A stretch of DNA of 64,000 nucleotides from Sedimentisphaerales bacterium (lineage in GTDB: Bacteria > Planctomycetota > Phycisphaerae > Sedimentisphaerales > SM23-30). Positions 40,963-51,338 of this stretch are shown piece by piece. The first letter of the stretch is position 1, and every line of letters begins with the position of its first letter. A program made the translations under genes and the position numbers. A model generated the notes under the pieces. That model saw nothing but the letters and a program-made list of their open reading frames with translations, did not search any database and was not told the DNA's origin. The DNA lies in NCBI GenBank assembly GCA_963666285.1, contig OY762711.1; one strand, 5' to 3'.

Positions 40963-42636
40963 TCAGTTCTCGTCCTTTGTTACTCGCATCAGTTCTTCCA
41001 GGGTACTAGTTCCATTCTGAATATACCTGAAAGCGTCATCCCTGAGCATCCTCATCCCTTCCTTGCGAGCCTGATTTGCAATATCACGCGGAGTTGCGTT
41101 CTGCAGCAGCAGGGTCCGAACATCTTCTGTTACCAGCATCGTCTCAAAGATACCGGCTCTACCGGAATACCCCGTACCCTGGCATGCCGTACATCCTGCT
41201 CCACGGTAAATAACATCAGGGATCCGATCGCCAAATTGTTTCTTCGCTCGCTCTACTTCAACCGCGTCAACCTGCTCTTTACACTCTTTACAGATCAAAC
41301 GAAGCAGTCTCTGTGCTATCACCGCCTCCAAAGACGACGCTACCAGATATGGCTCTATCCCCATATCCACCAGCCTCACCAGTGCGCCCGGAGCATCATT
41401 GGTATGAAGCGTCGAAAATACCAGGTGACCGGTCAAGGACGCCTGAACTGCGATCTCAGCCGTTTCCATATCGCGAATCTCACCTACCAGGATCACATCC
41501 GGGTCATGACGCAAGATCGAACGCAAACCTTTTGCAAAGGTCAGACCGGCCTTGTTTGATACCTGGATCTGGTTAATACCGCGCAGCTGATACTCGATCG
41601 GATCTTCGATCGTTACGATCTTACGGTTTATATCATTAATATGACTCAACGCGGCATACAGCGTAGTTGTCTTACCACTTCCGGTCGGACCTGTCACCAG
41701 GATAATACCATGTGGCTTCTTTAAAATTTCCTTAAATGTATCTACATCTCCTGAGCTCATCCCGATATTTTCCGGACCCAGCAATACCGCACCACGGTCA
41801 AGGATACGCAATACGACAGCTTCTCCGTAAAGCATCGGTATTATTGAAACACGAACGTCGATCTCTCGACCCGCCAGGATTAGCTTGATCCTGCCGTCCT
41901 GCGGCACACGCTTCTCCGCGATGTCAAGGTGACTCAATATCTTAATTCGAGATACTATCGCTGGCTGAAACTGCTTGATCTCCGGCGGTATAGAAGCCGC
42001 CTGCAAAACACCGTCGATACGATATCTTACCTGCAGCTCATGCTCAAACGGCTCGATATGAATATCTGTCGCACGCATCTCGATTGCTTCTGTCAGAATC
42101 TGATTCACAAAACGGATCATCGACGCCTCGCCGGCATCATTCGACAGATCGTTTTCCTCATCGTCACCCTGCTTGACATATTCGATTCCGGACTCGCGAG
42201 CCTCATCGAACATCGACTGGACGGTATCGGCTCCCAGGCCAAGTACTTCCTTGGTGTATCGAGCTATATCGACACTACCGGCCAACGCTATCTCAAAATC
42301 TATTCCCGTACTTACCCGAAGCTCTTCAACTCCGATTATATTAAACGGGTCTGAAACCACGGCATAAATATCTTCGCCCTGGCGGATCGGGATTACCTGC
42401 CGGTCGAGTATTATTGATGCCGGGAAAGATGAGATAAACTTGGCATCCTTCTCGATACTTCTTAGATCAAGAATCGGATAATTCAGCTTCGAGGAGATAT
42501 ACGATAATGCTTCAGCTTCAGATATCCCTTCACTAAACAAAAACGCATTTAGTGAATTATGGCTTTGTGCTCCCTGGGAAAGCCATGAAATACCTTTTTG
42601 CTCCAACAATGACAATGCGACCGTTTCGTTATTCAT
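40963..42636 (-). CDS. gspE: Type II secretion ATPase GspE/PulE
   Basis: GPTGSGKTTT, TIEDPIE, LRHDPD, TGHLVFSTLHTN, CxxC zinc motifs. Confidence 0.95.
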   Translation of the reverse strand: MNNETVALSLLEQKGISWLSQGAQSHNSLNAFLFSEGISEAEALSYISSKLNYPILDLRSIEKDAKFISSFPASIILDRQVIPIRQGEDIYAVVSDPFNIIGVEELRVSTGIDFEIALAGSVDIARYTKEVLGLGADTVQSMFDEARESGIEYVKQGDDEENDLSNDAGEASMIRFVNQILTEAIEMRATDIHIEPFEHELQVRYRIDGVLQAASIPPEIKQFQPAIVSRIKILSHLDIAEKRVPQDGRIKLILAGREIDVRVSIIPMLYGEAVVLRILDRGAVLLGPENIGMSSGDVDTFKEILKKPHGIILVTGPTGSGKTTTLYAALSHINDINRKIVTIEDPIEYQLRGINQIQVSNKAGLTFAKGLRSILRHDPDVILVGEIRDMETAEIAVQASLTGHLVFSTLHTNDAPGALVRLVDMGIEPYLVASSLEAVIAQRLLRLICKECKEQVDAVEVERAKKQFGDRIPDVIYRGAGCTACQGTGYSGRAGIFETMLVTEDVRTLLLQNATPRDIANQARKEGMRMLRDDAFRYIQNGTSTLEELMRVTKDEN

Positions 42637-42770
42637 AATATTCTGAAAGGATTACCTTAGGCTAGAAATTTGGTACAGCTTTATATCCTGCTTTACAGAT
42701 CAATGCTGCATTTTGAAGAAAAAAATGCTCGCCACCAGGTCTTACCGGTGACGAGCTTATCTTATGGATT

Positions 42771-43364
42771 TTAGTCCAGCATGCCAAACATTACCAGTTT
42801 AGCTTCCTGCTTCAATGTCAGAACTTCTTTCAGCTCTTCCTGGGCCTTGATCAATTCCTGTTTTGCCGCTTCTTTGGCTGCTCTCAGCTTGGTCAAAGCT
42901 TCTTTAACCTGCTCGGAGGTAGCTGTTTCGCTTTCCAGAACTGTAGCAAGGCTGTCTGATGCCTTTTCTACCGCCGACTGTTCTTCATTATCATCGTCTG
43001 GACGACCCGGCCTGTCACCTTCTGGACCTTCACCACCAGGACCGCCTGGACCACCCTGGCCGCCTGGGCCACCCATACCGCCGCGACGGCCACGCATCAT
43101 GCGACCCATGCCGCCCATTCTGCTTTCGCGTGATAAGGTCATAACCTTGTTCAGCCTTGGACCGACGATTGTCCATTCTTCATCTGTTATTTCCAGCTGC
43201 TCCTTCATCATGTTATTCATACGTTCCTGCATTGCGCTGCGATCGAAACCGCCGCCTGGACCGCCCTGGCCGCGACGACCGCCGCCCTGGGCCTGGGCAT
43301 AGCATGATACTGCTGTAGCTAGGCTTAATACCAGAATCGCCATAATAATTGTTGCCTTCTTCAT
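42771..43364 (-). CDS. Exported Gly/Arg/Pro-rich helical hypothetical protein
   Basis: Signal peptide; EVLTLKQEAKLV C-terminus. Confidence 0.7.
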   Translation of the reverse strand: MKKATIIMAILVLSLATAVSCYAQAQGGGRRGQGGPGGGFDRSAMQERMNNMMKEQLEITDEEWTIVGPRLNKVMTLSRESRMGGMGRMMRGRRGGMGGPGGQGGPGGPGGEGPEGDRPGRPDDDNEEQSAVEKASDSLATVLESETATSEQVKEALTKLRAAKEAAKQELIKAQEELKEVLTLKQEAKLVMFGMLD

Positions 43365-43571
43365 TTTTTGTCTCCTGATAAATCGTTAATATTAATGATC
43401 TTATAACTCAATTGTTAAAACGAAATCTTATATGCTTTTATTGCATATTTATTAATTATTTTTTCGCTTTTATTGTCTTTTTTATCACCTATTCTTCAAA
43501 CACCTCAACCAACGACAGCCGGGTATCCCCGGCATGCCGCCAGTTGATTCGACGAGACCTGTGTCTTCACT

Positions 43572-43617
43572 AAAAAACGGCCCTCTGGCATAGGGATAAT
43601 CCTTACCAGAAGGCTGC
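43572..43617 (-). terminator. Intrinsic terminator-like hairpin
   Basis: GCCTTCTGG...CCAGAGGGC stem followed by TTTTTT on the minus strand. Confidence 0.55.
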
Positions 43618-43770
43618 TGTATTTAATTGCCATTACCTGATTGCTATGCCGCCAAAATCCAAGAGCAACTACGCAATATCGGTAATGGCCGTCATGGGCA
43701 TCCGATATAAAACAATAAATTTCCAGGTTTTATAACAGCAATACGCATAATTTTATTGCTGCTTTTATTC

Positions 43771-44253
43771 CTAGATATACTGATCGATCATGTTACCTAC
43801 AGAACTTGTTAAGGCCTGTTTAAACTGGCCCAAAAAGCTCTCCAGGTCCGATTCATCTGCTTCGCCGCTTTGAATTTGACTGATTAGGTCCATCAAAGTT
43901 GATACGGTACTGGTTTCGCTGCTTTCTTCTACACCGCTTATTCCAGATACTCCGCCTTCTGAACCTTCTCCACCCGGAGGCATTCCGCCCGGAGGTGGTC
44001 CTTCTGGAGGCGCCATAGTACTGAAATCTAAGCCGGCTTCTGTCATCGCCTGCATGGTCTCTCGACTGCGAGGGATGCCTGCCTCTTCCATCTCGGCATG
44101 CAGCTGGTCAAGCTCTTCCTGGCTTATATTCTCTAAGTCATAATTGGATAAAATATCCTGGAGCGCGTTTTCCTGTTCCTCGCTCAAAGGCTGGGACGGC
44201 GGCTGCTGCATCTGCTGCATACTGCTCGTCGTGTTCATTCCTTGGATCTGCAT
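43771..44253 (-). CDS. Acidic Pro-rich hypothetical protein
   Basis: GAAAGGA RBS; ILSNYD, EAGI, PPPGGMPP. Confidence 0.65.
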   Translation of the reverse strand: MQIQGMNTTSSMQQMQQPPSQPLSEEQENALQDILSNYDLENISQEELDQLHAEMEEAGIPRSRETMQAMTEAGLDFSTMAPPEGPPPGGMPPGGEGSEGGVSGISGVEESSETSTVSTLMDLISQIQSGEADESDLESFLGQFKQALTSSVGNMIDQYI

Positions 44254-44619
44254 AGTATTTTTCCTTTCAACTAATGCTTCTGCACTTACCGACAAAACTC
44301 GCTTTTTATAATCTTCTGCTATATGCGGACAGACATCGGGCGTAGACGTATCATTACGCCTTAACTGTCTTCAAGAGCAATGGGAAATACTGACTATTCG
44401 TAAAGCAGGTTTTAGGTAAGCTTTAACTAAGGTTAATGTTTCATATCCGATTGCCATTTGACTAAAACTCATCACAATATATCTAATTGCGAAATTTAGC
44501 CGGTTTTTTTACGATCATCTTAGATCTTAGCCAACCAGCCAATCCCGACAAACAGGATTTGGATGGGTTATAGTTATAGAGTCCGTTCTACGCTTAGCTG
44601 TCAGAAACATCTGAAAATA

Positions 44620-45168
44620 CTAAAACTCCATTCGAGGCGGTCCAGGTGGGCCGTCCTTAAAACCGCGGTCCGGACCGCGATTCGGACCATGATCTGGGCC
44701 ATGATTGTGATCCGGCTTCTCTGCCATGATCTCTTTTAATTTTGCCAGCTGATCTGGTTTCAATATCTTTGCCAGCTGCTGGAAGTGCTCGATTTGAGTT
44801 AACTCAAATTCCGCTTTCTTATCTCCTATCATACGCGCGAATTTCTCGACCTTCTCCTTGTCCAGGTCGGGATTCAATGCTTCATTGATAAACTGGGTCC
44901 TTAGCTCGTCCATCTCTTCAAAATGCTTATCAATAGCCGCCATATGAGCAGTTCGCATCTTTTTCATCTGTGCGGCCTGCTCTTCGCTAAGGCCTAATTC
45001 TTCATCCATCATATCCATCTGGCTGTCGCCGCCCATACGGGGCGGAAAATTCGGTCCGCCATGATGGGGACGCATACCGCTAAACAAAAATATTACTACT
45101 GCAACATTTGTCAGGCATAAAACCAGGATCAAAATCGTTACTATTCTATTTTTCAATAAGTAATCCAT
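44620..45168 (-). CDS. Periplasmic heavy-metal sensor / Spy-CpxP-ZraP-like protein
   Basis: TM, ELGLSEEQ...ILKPDQ (LTXXQ-like), His/Met-rich. Confidence 0.8.
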   Translation of the reverse strand: MDYLLKNRIVTILILVLCLTNVAVVIFLFSGMRPHHGGPNFPPRMGGDSQMDMMDEELGLSEEQAAQMKKMRTAHMAAIDKHFEEMDELRTQFINEALNPDLDKEKVEKFARMIGDKKAEFELTQIEHFQQLAKILKPDQLAKLKEIMAEKPDHNHGPDHGPNRGPDRGFKDGPPGPPRMEF

Positions 45169-45231
45169 TTTCTTTCTTAAACAATACTGTAATTCAAAAT
45201 CTTATATTGACCGGCATATGATGCTCAGCCA

Positions 45232-45567
45232 TTAACTATCACTCTCTATATCATTCTCAACAAACCAGTAAACATCGCGGCTGTCCTGTGCGGCATTATA
45301 AATATAACTATAACTTCTGCTGCTGTTGTCAACCGAGTTCGCTCCTGCTATAGTCACTACACACACCATATTTAAGACAAATACCAGCAGTAACAGTGAC
45401 AGCGAAACATAGCCAAACCGCACTGAACGTTCACGCTGAACCTTGATGTTCGATATCTTATCTTTCAAACCAAGGTAAAATTCACTTCCACAGCTCAAAC
45501 TGTCGTCTCTTTCCATTCCATCCAGCATCAAGCTGACTGTCTCATTTCGTTGTTTTTTTGTATTCAT
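45232..45567 (-). CDS. Small single-TM putative anti-sigma factor
   Basis: Lies between an ECF sigma and a periplasmic sensor gene; one TM. Confidence 0.6.
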   Translation of the reverse strand: MNTKKQRNETVSLMLDGMERDDSLSCGSEFYLGLKDKISNIKVQRERSVRFGYVSLSLLLLVFVLNMVCVVTIAGANSVDNSSRSYSYIYNAAQDSRDVYWFVENDIESDS

Positions 45568-45618
45568 TTCACACGTCCATTTCAAGGCTTTCCAAAACTC
45601 CGTAACTTCTGCCGTTCG

Positions 45619-46161
45619 TCAGCTTCCACAAAACTGACTCAGTTGCTTCTCAAGGTTCGTCCGACCCCGAAACAGCAATGACTCAACCGACGAACTGCTC
45701 GTCTGCATTACTTCTGCAGCTTCCTTTACCGACATCTCCTCTATCTTACACAGGACAACTGCGACCTTTTGCCTGTCCGGCAATCGGTCGATTGCCTGGT
45801 ACAATACTTTCTTCCTTTCCTTTTCGTCCAGATTCTCCACCGGACTCAAAAAAGGCTTACTGTCCTTGGTATGCAAAAACAGGGCCTTCAAATCTGCCAC
45901 TCGCTTTTTGCGGTTCCGACGCCGAATCACATCTATAGACTTATTCACGGCAATGCGAAATATCCACGAACTCAGATGCGAACTCGTGTGAATCTTTCCT
46001 GAAGCAAGATATATCTCCACAAAAACTTCTTGAGCCGTGTCTTCGGCATCTTCTCTGTTATGCAAAAAAGAATAACAGACATTTAATACTCTATCACCAA
46101 AATCTCTAAGTATTTGTTCGAACTCTACTTCCGGACTTTTTTTTGTCTCGGTACTATCCAC
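45619..46161 (-). CDS. ECF RNA polymerase sigma-70 factor
   Basis: DAEDTAQEVF, SWIFRIAVN, LPDRQK, SVESLLFRGR. Confidence 0.92.
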   Translation of the reverse strand: MDSTETKKSPEVEFEQILRDFGDRVLNVCYSFLHNREDAEDTAQEVFVEIYLASGKIHTSSHLSSWIFRIAVNKSIDVIRRRNRKKRVADLKALFLHTKDSKPFLSPVENLDEKERKKVLYQAIDRLPDRQKVAVVLCKIEEMSVKEAAEVMQTSSSSVESLLFRGRTNLEKQLSQFCGS

Positions 46162-46430
46162 TAATCAAAGTATTCCACGCTTGTTTACTCCCCTGTTGCC
46201 GCCTTCAATATAATAAACGACGTAATTATTGGCAATCATGCGAAAATATTATTTTTTTTAACCCTGATTTACATTAAATCTAACATAAATCAAAACATTT
46301 ATTGCCAATCAAAACATAAATATCTATAAAAAAACACCTTACATGAAGTTACATAATTGTCACCCCCCACGCATCCTAAACCAATTCTTACTTCAAGTTA
46401 AATTTACCACACTTATTATAAGACCTCCCA

Positions 46431-47159
46431 TCATCCTTTATCTTCGGTCCTTTCCAGAAACACCAGCAGCAGATTATCGGCATACGCCAGCGACAGCCTC
46501 CTCAATATCAATTTCCGGCATCCATACAAAATCATATAAAAATATATTATCAGCAGAAAAAACGACATTATCCGCCAATTCTGCTCCAGCCCGTACACCA
46601 CCGCACTGCCCAGACTCCCGATCCCGCAAAAAATCACCCCACCAATCAGGTTACGAAAGAAACCGTATCGAATCTCATATCCCTTCACAATCGGGGCCTT
46701 ATCAACAAACCGCACTACCTTACAGATCGCTTCACGGGCCAGGTCCCGCGCATTCTCCGGATCCTGCTCTTCCTGGCTCGCATCATACAGCGTACAGCCA
46801 AACACCTTTTTTATCCGGTCATGCACCTTATCCTTCATTTCTCTTGATATTATCCCGCCGCTATACAGCAGCGAATCGGTCGTCGGAAAATACCGGCCGC
46901 CCTCACCAAAAACATCATACTCGATCAGCACCTTCGCCATCCCGCACTGAAACTCCACCAGCGCAACCATCAGCACCAGCGAAAAACTGAAATTCGATAT
47001 CAGCATCCACTTCATACTATCTGCTATATCAGACCAGAAACTAGGACCCACCAGTATTATCAAAAAATGAACAAAAGGCACAACCGCCAAAAAAGTTGGT
47101 ATATACCTCGCCTTGATACCATACTCATCCATATCTTTCAACATACCCGTCTTACTCAT
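46431..47159 (-). CDS. Hypothetical multi-TM membrane protein
   Basis: YGIKARYIP, GGRYFPTT and YGFFRNL motifs; about four TMs. Confidence 0.65.
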   Translation of the reverse strand: MSKTGMLKDMDEYGIKARYIPTFLAVVPFVHFLIILVGPSFWSDIADSMKWMLISNFSFSLVLMVALVEFQCGMAKVLIEYDVFGEGGRYFPTTDSLLYSGGIISREMKDKVHDRIKKVFGCTLYDASQEEQDPENARDLAREAICKVVRFVDKAPIVKGYEIRYGFFRNLIGGVIFCGIGSLGSAVVYGLEQNWRIMSFFLLIIYFYMILYGCRKLILRRLSLAYADNLLLVFLERTEDKG

Positions 47160-47430
47160 ACCGGCTCCCCAAGCTTACGCTTAATTGTGTGTTATTACCA
47201 CCATTTATACCGCCATTTTAACAAGACTATAAGTAAATCATTTAACCTGATTTTCTCAAATCAACCAATTTCACACTTTATTCAACTCTACCATATTGTA
47301 ATGCGATTCGTTCCGCCCCGCGGCTTTCCAAATAACAAATAACAACCTATACCTTCAAACTAAACATCGGTAACTTTGACTTATTATATGTCCTTTCTGC
47401 CCTGTATGTCCTGTATGTCTTACTAAATAT

Positions 47431-47628
47431 TTAATATTTCGAACCACGTGCTTTTATTCTTGCCTTATACATCTTCTCCTTTAAACCACTTTCACAGATG
47501 AATTGCTGTTCCAGCTTACAAATCTGCTGATCCAGCAGATAGTTCGTCTGGTTGACCAGGCATATAACTATATTCGCTGCCGTTTCAGCACTACGGTTCT
47601 CTATATACAGCCTGTACGTCTCAAACGA
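47431..47628 (-). pseudogene. 5'-truncated four-helix-bundle suffix-domain gene
   Basis: Reads SFETYRLYIENRSAETAANIVICLVNQTNYLLDQQICKLEQQFICESGLKEKMYKARIKARGSKY*, preceded in frame by TAG; no start codon. Confidence 0.75.
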
Positions 47629-47860
47629 CTAATCCGCCGCAAGCGAAGATCCGCCTAAGGCAGGGCGATTAATCAAGGTCGCTTGCTCCCACCTTCCCTG
47701 ACACCTGTAAACTGTAAACTGATCCCTGTTTTTTTTACACTTTTTATTTTACCCTTTACACTTTTTCCATATGTCCTATCCGTCCTATTCTTATTATTTC
47801 TCACTTCAAATTCAAACCCGCAATGCGAAGTATTTAAAATCAGCAAACACCTTAGCAACA

Positions 47861-50800
47861 CTATCTATTCTTAAAATACATCTTCCTCTTTATCTTTGCC
47901 CTCTGGTTATCAAAGTTGGTCGCACACATTGCCCGTTCCTTATCAGGTACATGATATCCTGCTTTATTATCGCTATCAAAATAATAAATACCCGTCTGCT
48001 TATCCGGTTCTTTATAATCCTCTGCAAAATCTATATTATTTATATTCGCCCACTCCTTGCCGTCATTATTAACCTCTGTACAATCCAAATACTTCTCATT
48101 TTCAATATCATATACAAATGCCAAATCCCCTGGCACAATAATCACATCTTTGCGATCCGGCGGAACATTTTCATTATTAGCGAGGTATTTATCAACCACA
48201 TTTTCCTTAAGCCCTTTAATCAGCTTACATCTAAATGCCTTCATTTCCTCCCCAAACTCAGACACTACCGCCAGCTTTGGCTGTATACTCGTTATTACTC
48301 TAGCCGTACCAATAATACCCAAATGATTGGGATACCGCACTTCCTGAATGTCGTCATCTGAAACAAGCTTTTTTTCTAACTCCTGCTTCTTTATTGACCC
48401 AATATGCACTACTAACAAATCAGGACGTACCTCATCAATTTGATATCCTTTCCATATCTCACTTATAAGATCTTTGGAAGCCTGCGGTTTACCTCTTTCG
48501 TGTACTATCGGCAGTAAACCGGTATCCCCGGAAAATACCAGCCGTTTTGTTTTATCATTAATCTTAATTTCAAATATCAAACCACAACTGTATTTTGTTG
48601 CTACCAGTTCATGATGATAAGCAGGCACCGCAGTTAAACTTACCTCACTTCCAAGATCAAAACTGTCACCATAGTTCATTACAAATATTTTCTTGATATC
48701 CTTAGAAAACAAATCCACCAAACCGGAAAACTTCATAAAACTGCCTACATTAAGATAAAGACTTATCTTCTTTTCCTTACAGTCATTGTATTCAGAACTT
48801 TCATCTTTTAACTCTTTTAGATTATCATTATATTCATGTATCAGGGTCAATATTGTTTCAAGCTCAATTGTATGATCATTATGCGCATGAGTTATTACAA
48901 CTGCATCAATATCATGTATCCGGCAACCGGCATTGTCAAAATTCTGCAGAAAATTATATCCGGGATCCACCACTATCCCTTTCCCGTTATTCCTGATATA
49001 ATAACCGCCGCCGATGCTTTTCTCTTGATCTCCTGACGGTATTGATGGCGTATATGAATTCCATCTGCGTAATACCATAAATAGAGAATACTTATCATCT
49101 AGTTTAGACTCGGGCAGCAAAAATTCTTTCTGCTTCTTCTCTTCCGCCTCCTGGTCTTCTACAAAACCTCCTGCCTCTTTACTATATTCATTTCGTAAAT
49201 GCTGGATAAAACCAAACAGCTCAGACATTTCTGTTCTGTCTGTTATTTCAGCTTCAATATCTGGAAATATCTTTTTCCATTCTTCCTTCCATTTTTTATC
49301 CAGCAACGAACACAACTGGATAAAATCATTCTTATGTTCCTCTGGTGCTATTTTTAACGCTCTTACCATTAAGTCATAAGCTTCCTCATTATCACCACCT
49401 GACGTACAATATATCGATACACTTTTATTCCTCAAAGCACGAGAATCATCTGGCTTTATCGCCAACGCCCTATCAAAATATTCTATCGCAGCATCGTCAT
49501 CACCTTTCTTACTCAAAGCCACTCCCTTATTTCTCATAGCATCATAATCATCTGGCTTTATCGCCAACGCCCTATCATAATATTCTATTGCAGCATCTTC
49601 ATCACCTTTCTTACTCAAAGACACTCCCTTTTGCCTCAAAGCATCATAATCATCTGGCTTTATCGCCAACGCCCTATCATAATATTCTATCGCAGCATCG
49701 TCATCACCTTTCTTACTCAAAGCCACTCCCTTTTGCCTCAAAGCATCATAATCATCTGGCTTTATCGCCAACGCCCTATCATAATATTCTATCGCAGCAT
49801 CGTCATCACCTTTCTTACTCAAAGACACTCCCTTATTACTCAAGGCATGCGAATCATCTGGCTTTATCGCCAACGCCCTATCAAAATACTCTATTGCAGC
49901 ATCTTCATCACCTTTCTTACTCAAAGCCACTCCCTTTTGCCTCAAAGCATCATAATCATCTGGCTTTATCGCCAACGCCCTATCAAAATACTCTATCGCA
50001 GCATCTTCATCACCTTTCTTACTCAAAGACACTCCCTTTTGCCTCAAAGCATCATAATCATCTGGCTTTATCGCCAACGCCCTATCATAATATTCTATCG
50101 CAGCATCGTCATCACCTTTCTTACTCAAAGTCACTCCCTTATTTATCAAAGCATCATAATCATCTGGCTTTATCGCCAACGCCCTATCATAATATTCTAT
50201 CGCAGCATCTTCATCACCTTTCTTACTCAAAGACACTCCCTTATTACTCAAGGCATGCGAATCATCTGGCTTTATCGCCAACGCCCTATCATAATATTCT
50301 ATCGCAGCATCTTGATCAGCTTTCTTACTCAAAGACACTCCCTTTTGCCTCAAAGCATCATAATCATCTGACTTTATCGCCAACGCCCTATCATAATATT
50401 CTATCGCAGCATCTTCATCACCTTTCTTACTCAAAGACACTCCCTTTTGCCTCAAGGCATGCGAATCATCTGGCTTTATCGCCAACGCCCTATCAAAATA
50501 CTCTATTGCAGCATCTTCATCACCTTTCTTACTCAAAGCCACTCCCTTTTGCCTCAAAGCATCATAATCATCTGGCTTTATCGCCAACGCCCTATCAAAA
50601 TACTCTATCGCAGCATCTTCATCACCTTTCTTACTCAAAGACACTCCCTTTTGCCTCAAAGCATCATAATCATCTGGCTTTATCGCCAACGCCCTATCAT
50701 AATATTCTATCGCAGCATCGTCATCACCTTTCTGACTCAAAGTCACTCCCTTATTTATCAAAGCATCATAATCATCTGGCTTTATCGCCAACGCCCTATC

Positions 50801-51124
50801 AAAATATTCTACCGCAGCATCTTGATTATCGACAATACTATAATAAGTCCCCAACTGCCTGAATAGGAACGAATCATCATTTGATTCCAACTGCCCCAGC
50901 TTTTTTATCGCTGCATTATAATCATCCGTTTCATATCCAATAGTCTCAGCTTCAAAAAACAACACATAATCGCTGTCATTATTTTTCTCCGCTAAAGCTT
51001 TGCCTTCAACCAGAAGCTTTATAGCCTCCTGCTTTTTTTCGCCGGGACCTTTTGCAAATTCATCAGCCCGTCTGCTTATCGCTTGATATTCTTCTTTCCG
51101 CTTTTGATATGCTTTATCACTCAT
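47861..51124 (-). CDS. TPR-repeat protein fused to a C-terminal MBL-fold hydrolase
   Basis: About 15 TPRs; VDPG, THAHNDH, AYHH, FSGDTG, NHLG. Confidence 0.88.
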   Translation of the reverse strand: MSDKAYQKRKEEYQAISRRADEFAKGPGEKKQEAIKLLVEGKALAEKNNDSDYVLFFEAETIGYETDDYNAAIKKLGQLESNDDSFLFRQLGTYYSIVDNQDAAVEYFDRALAIKPDDYDALINKGVTLSQKGDDDAAIEYYDRALAIKPDDYDALRQKGVSLSKKGDEDAAIEYFDRALAIKPDDYDALRQKGVALSKKGDEDAAIEYFDRALAIKPDDSHALRQKGVSLSKKGDEDAAIEYYDRALAIKSDDYDALRQKGVSLSKKADQDAAIEYYDRALAIKPDDSHALSNKGVSLSKKGDEDAAIEYYDRALAIKPDDYDALINKGVTLSKKGDDDAAIEYYDRALAIKPDDYDALRQKGVSLSKKGDEDAAIEYFDRALAIKPDDYDALRQKGVALSKKGDEDAAIEYFDRALAIKPDDSHALSNKGVSLSKKGDDDAAIEYYDRALAIKPDDYDALRQKGVALSKKGDDDAAIEYYDRALAIKPDDYDALRQKGVSLSKKGDEDAAIEYYDRALAIKPDDYDAMRNKGVALSKKGDDDAAIEYFDRALAIKPDDSRALRNKSVSIYCTSGGDNEEAYDLMVRALKIAPEEHKNDFIQLCSLLDKKWKEEWKKIFPDIEAEITDRTEMSELFGFIQHLRNEYSKEAGGFVEDQEAEEKKQKEFLLPESKLDDKYSLFMVLRRWNSYTPSIPSGDQEKSIGGGYYIRNNGKGIVVDPGYNFLQNFDNAGCRIHDIDAVVITHAHNDHTIELETILTLIHEYNDNLKELKDESSEYNDCKEKKISLYLNVGSFMKFSGLVDLFSKDIKKIFVMNYGDSFDLGSEVSLTAVPAYHHELVATKYSCGLIFEIKINDKTKRLVFSGDTGLLPIVHERGKPQASKDLISEIWKGYQIDEVRPDLLVVHIGSIKKQELEKKLVSDDDIQEVRYPNHLGIIGTARVITSIQPKLAVVSEFGEEMKAFRCKLIKGLKENVVDKYLANNENVPPDRKDVIIVPGDLAFVYDIENEKYLDCTEVNNDGKEWANINNIDFAEDYKEPDKQTGIYYFDSDNKAGYHVPDKERAMCATNFDNQRAKIKRKMYFKNR
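49448..50773 (-). repeat. 13 tandem near-identical 102-bp TPR-coding units
   Basis: DYDALRQKGVSLSKKGDEDAAIEYYDRALAIKPD variants, near-identical at DNA level. Confidence 0.95.
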
Positions 51125-51338
51125 TAGATATTTCCTTTTTATATATCCCTATCAGACAATTCTTAATTTCCTCACACTATTACAATCAACCAAAACATAT
51201 TTTTCGTGTCCTTTCGACCTTTTCGTGGTTGTCAAATTATTAGCCGAAGTTTTCTTCACTACCTTCATGAACTTCATGGTCAACCATTTTCCGCCGCAAC
51301 CGATTTAAATCAAACGTGAACCAACAGACAATTTATTT

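Noticed and set aside
43515..43565. ZMP/ZTP (pfl) riboswitch-like ACTGGCG...GGGGA on the minus strand
   Set aside because: The required downstream CGCCTGGG pseudoknot partner was not found and the gene context does not fit
44335..44365. Fluoride riboswitch-like TAATGA...CTAC on the minus strand
   Set aside because: No 5' GGCGATGG-type segment; explained as a simple GGCGTA/TACGCC hairpin
44405..44442. OmpR-type direct-repeat boxes upstream of the 44253 gene
   Set aside because: Too degenerate (TTAACCT/TAAAGCT/TAAAACCT) to support without a motif model; no response regulator in the window
49345..50866. Long plus-strand ORFs and a CRISPR-like look of the 102-bp array
   Set aside because: Antisense shadows of the TPR repeats; units are contiguous with no unique spacers and no cas genes
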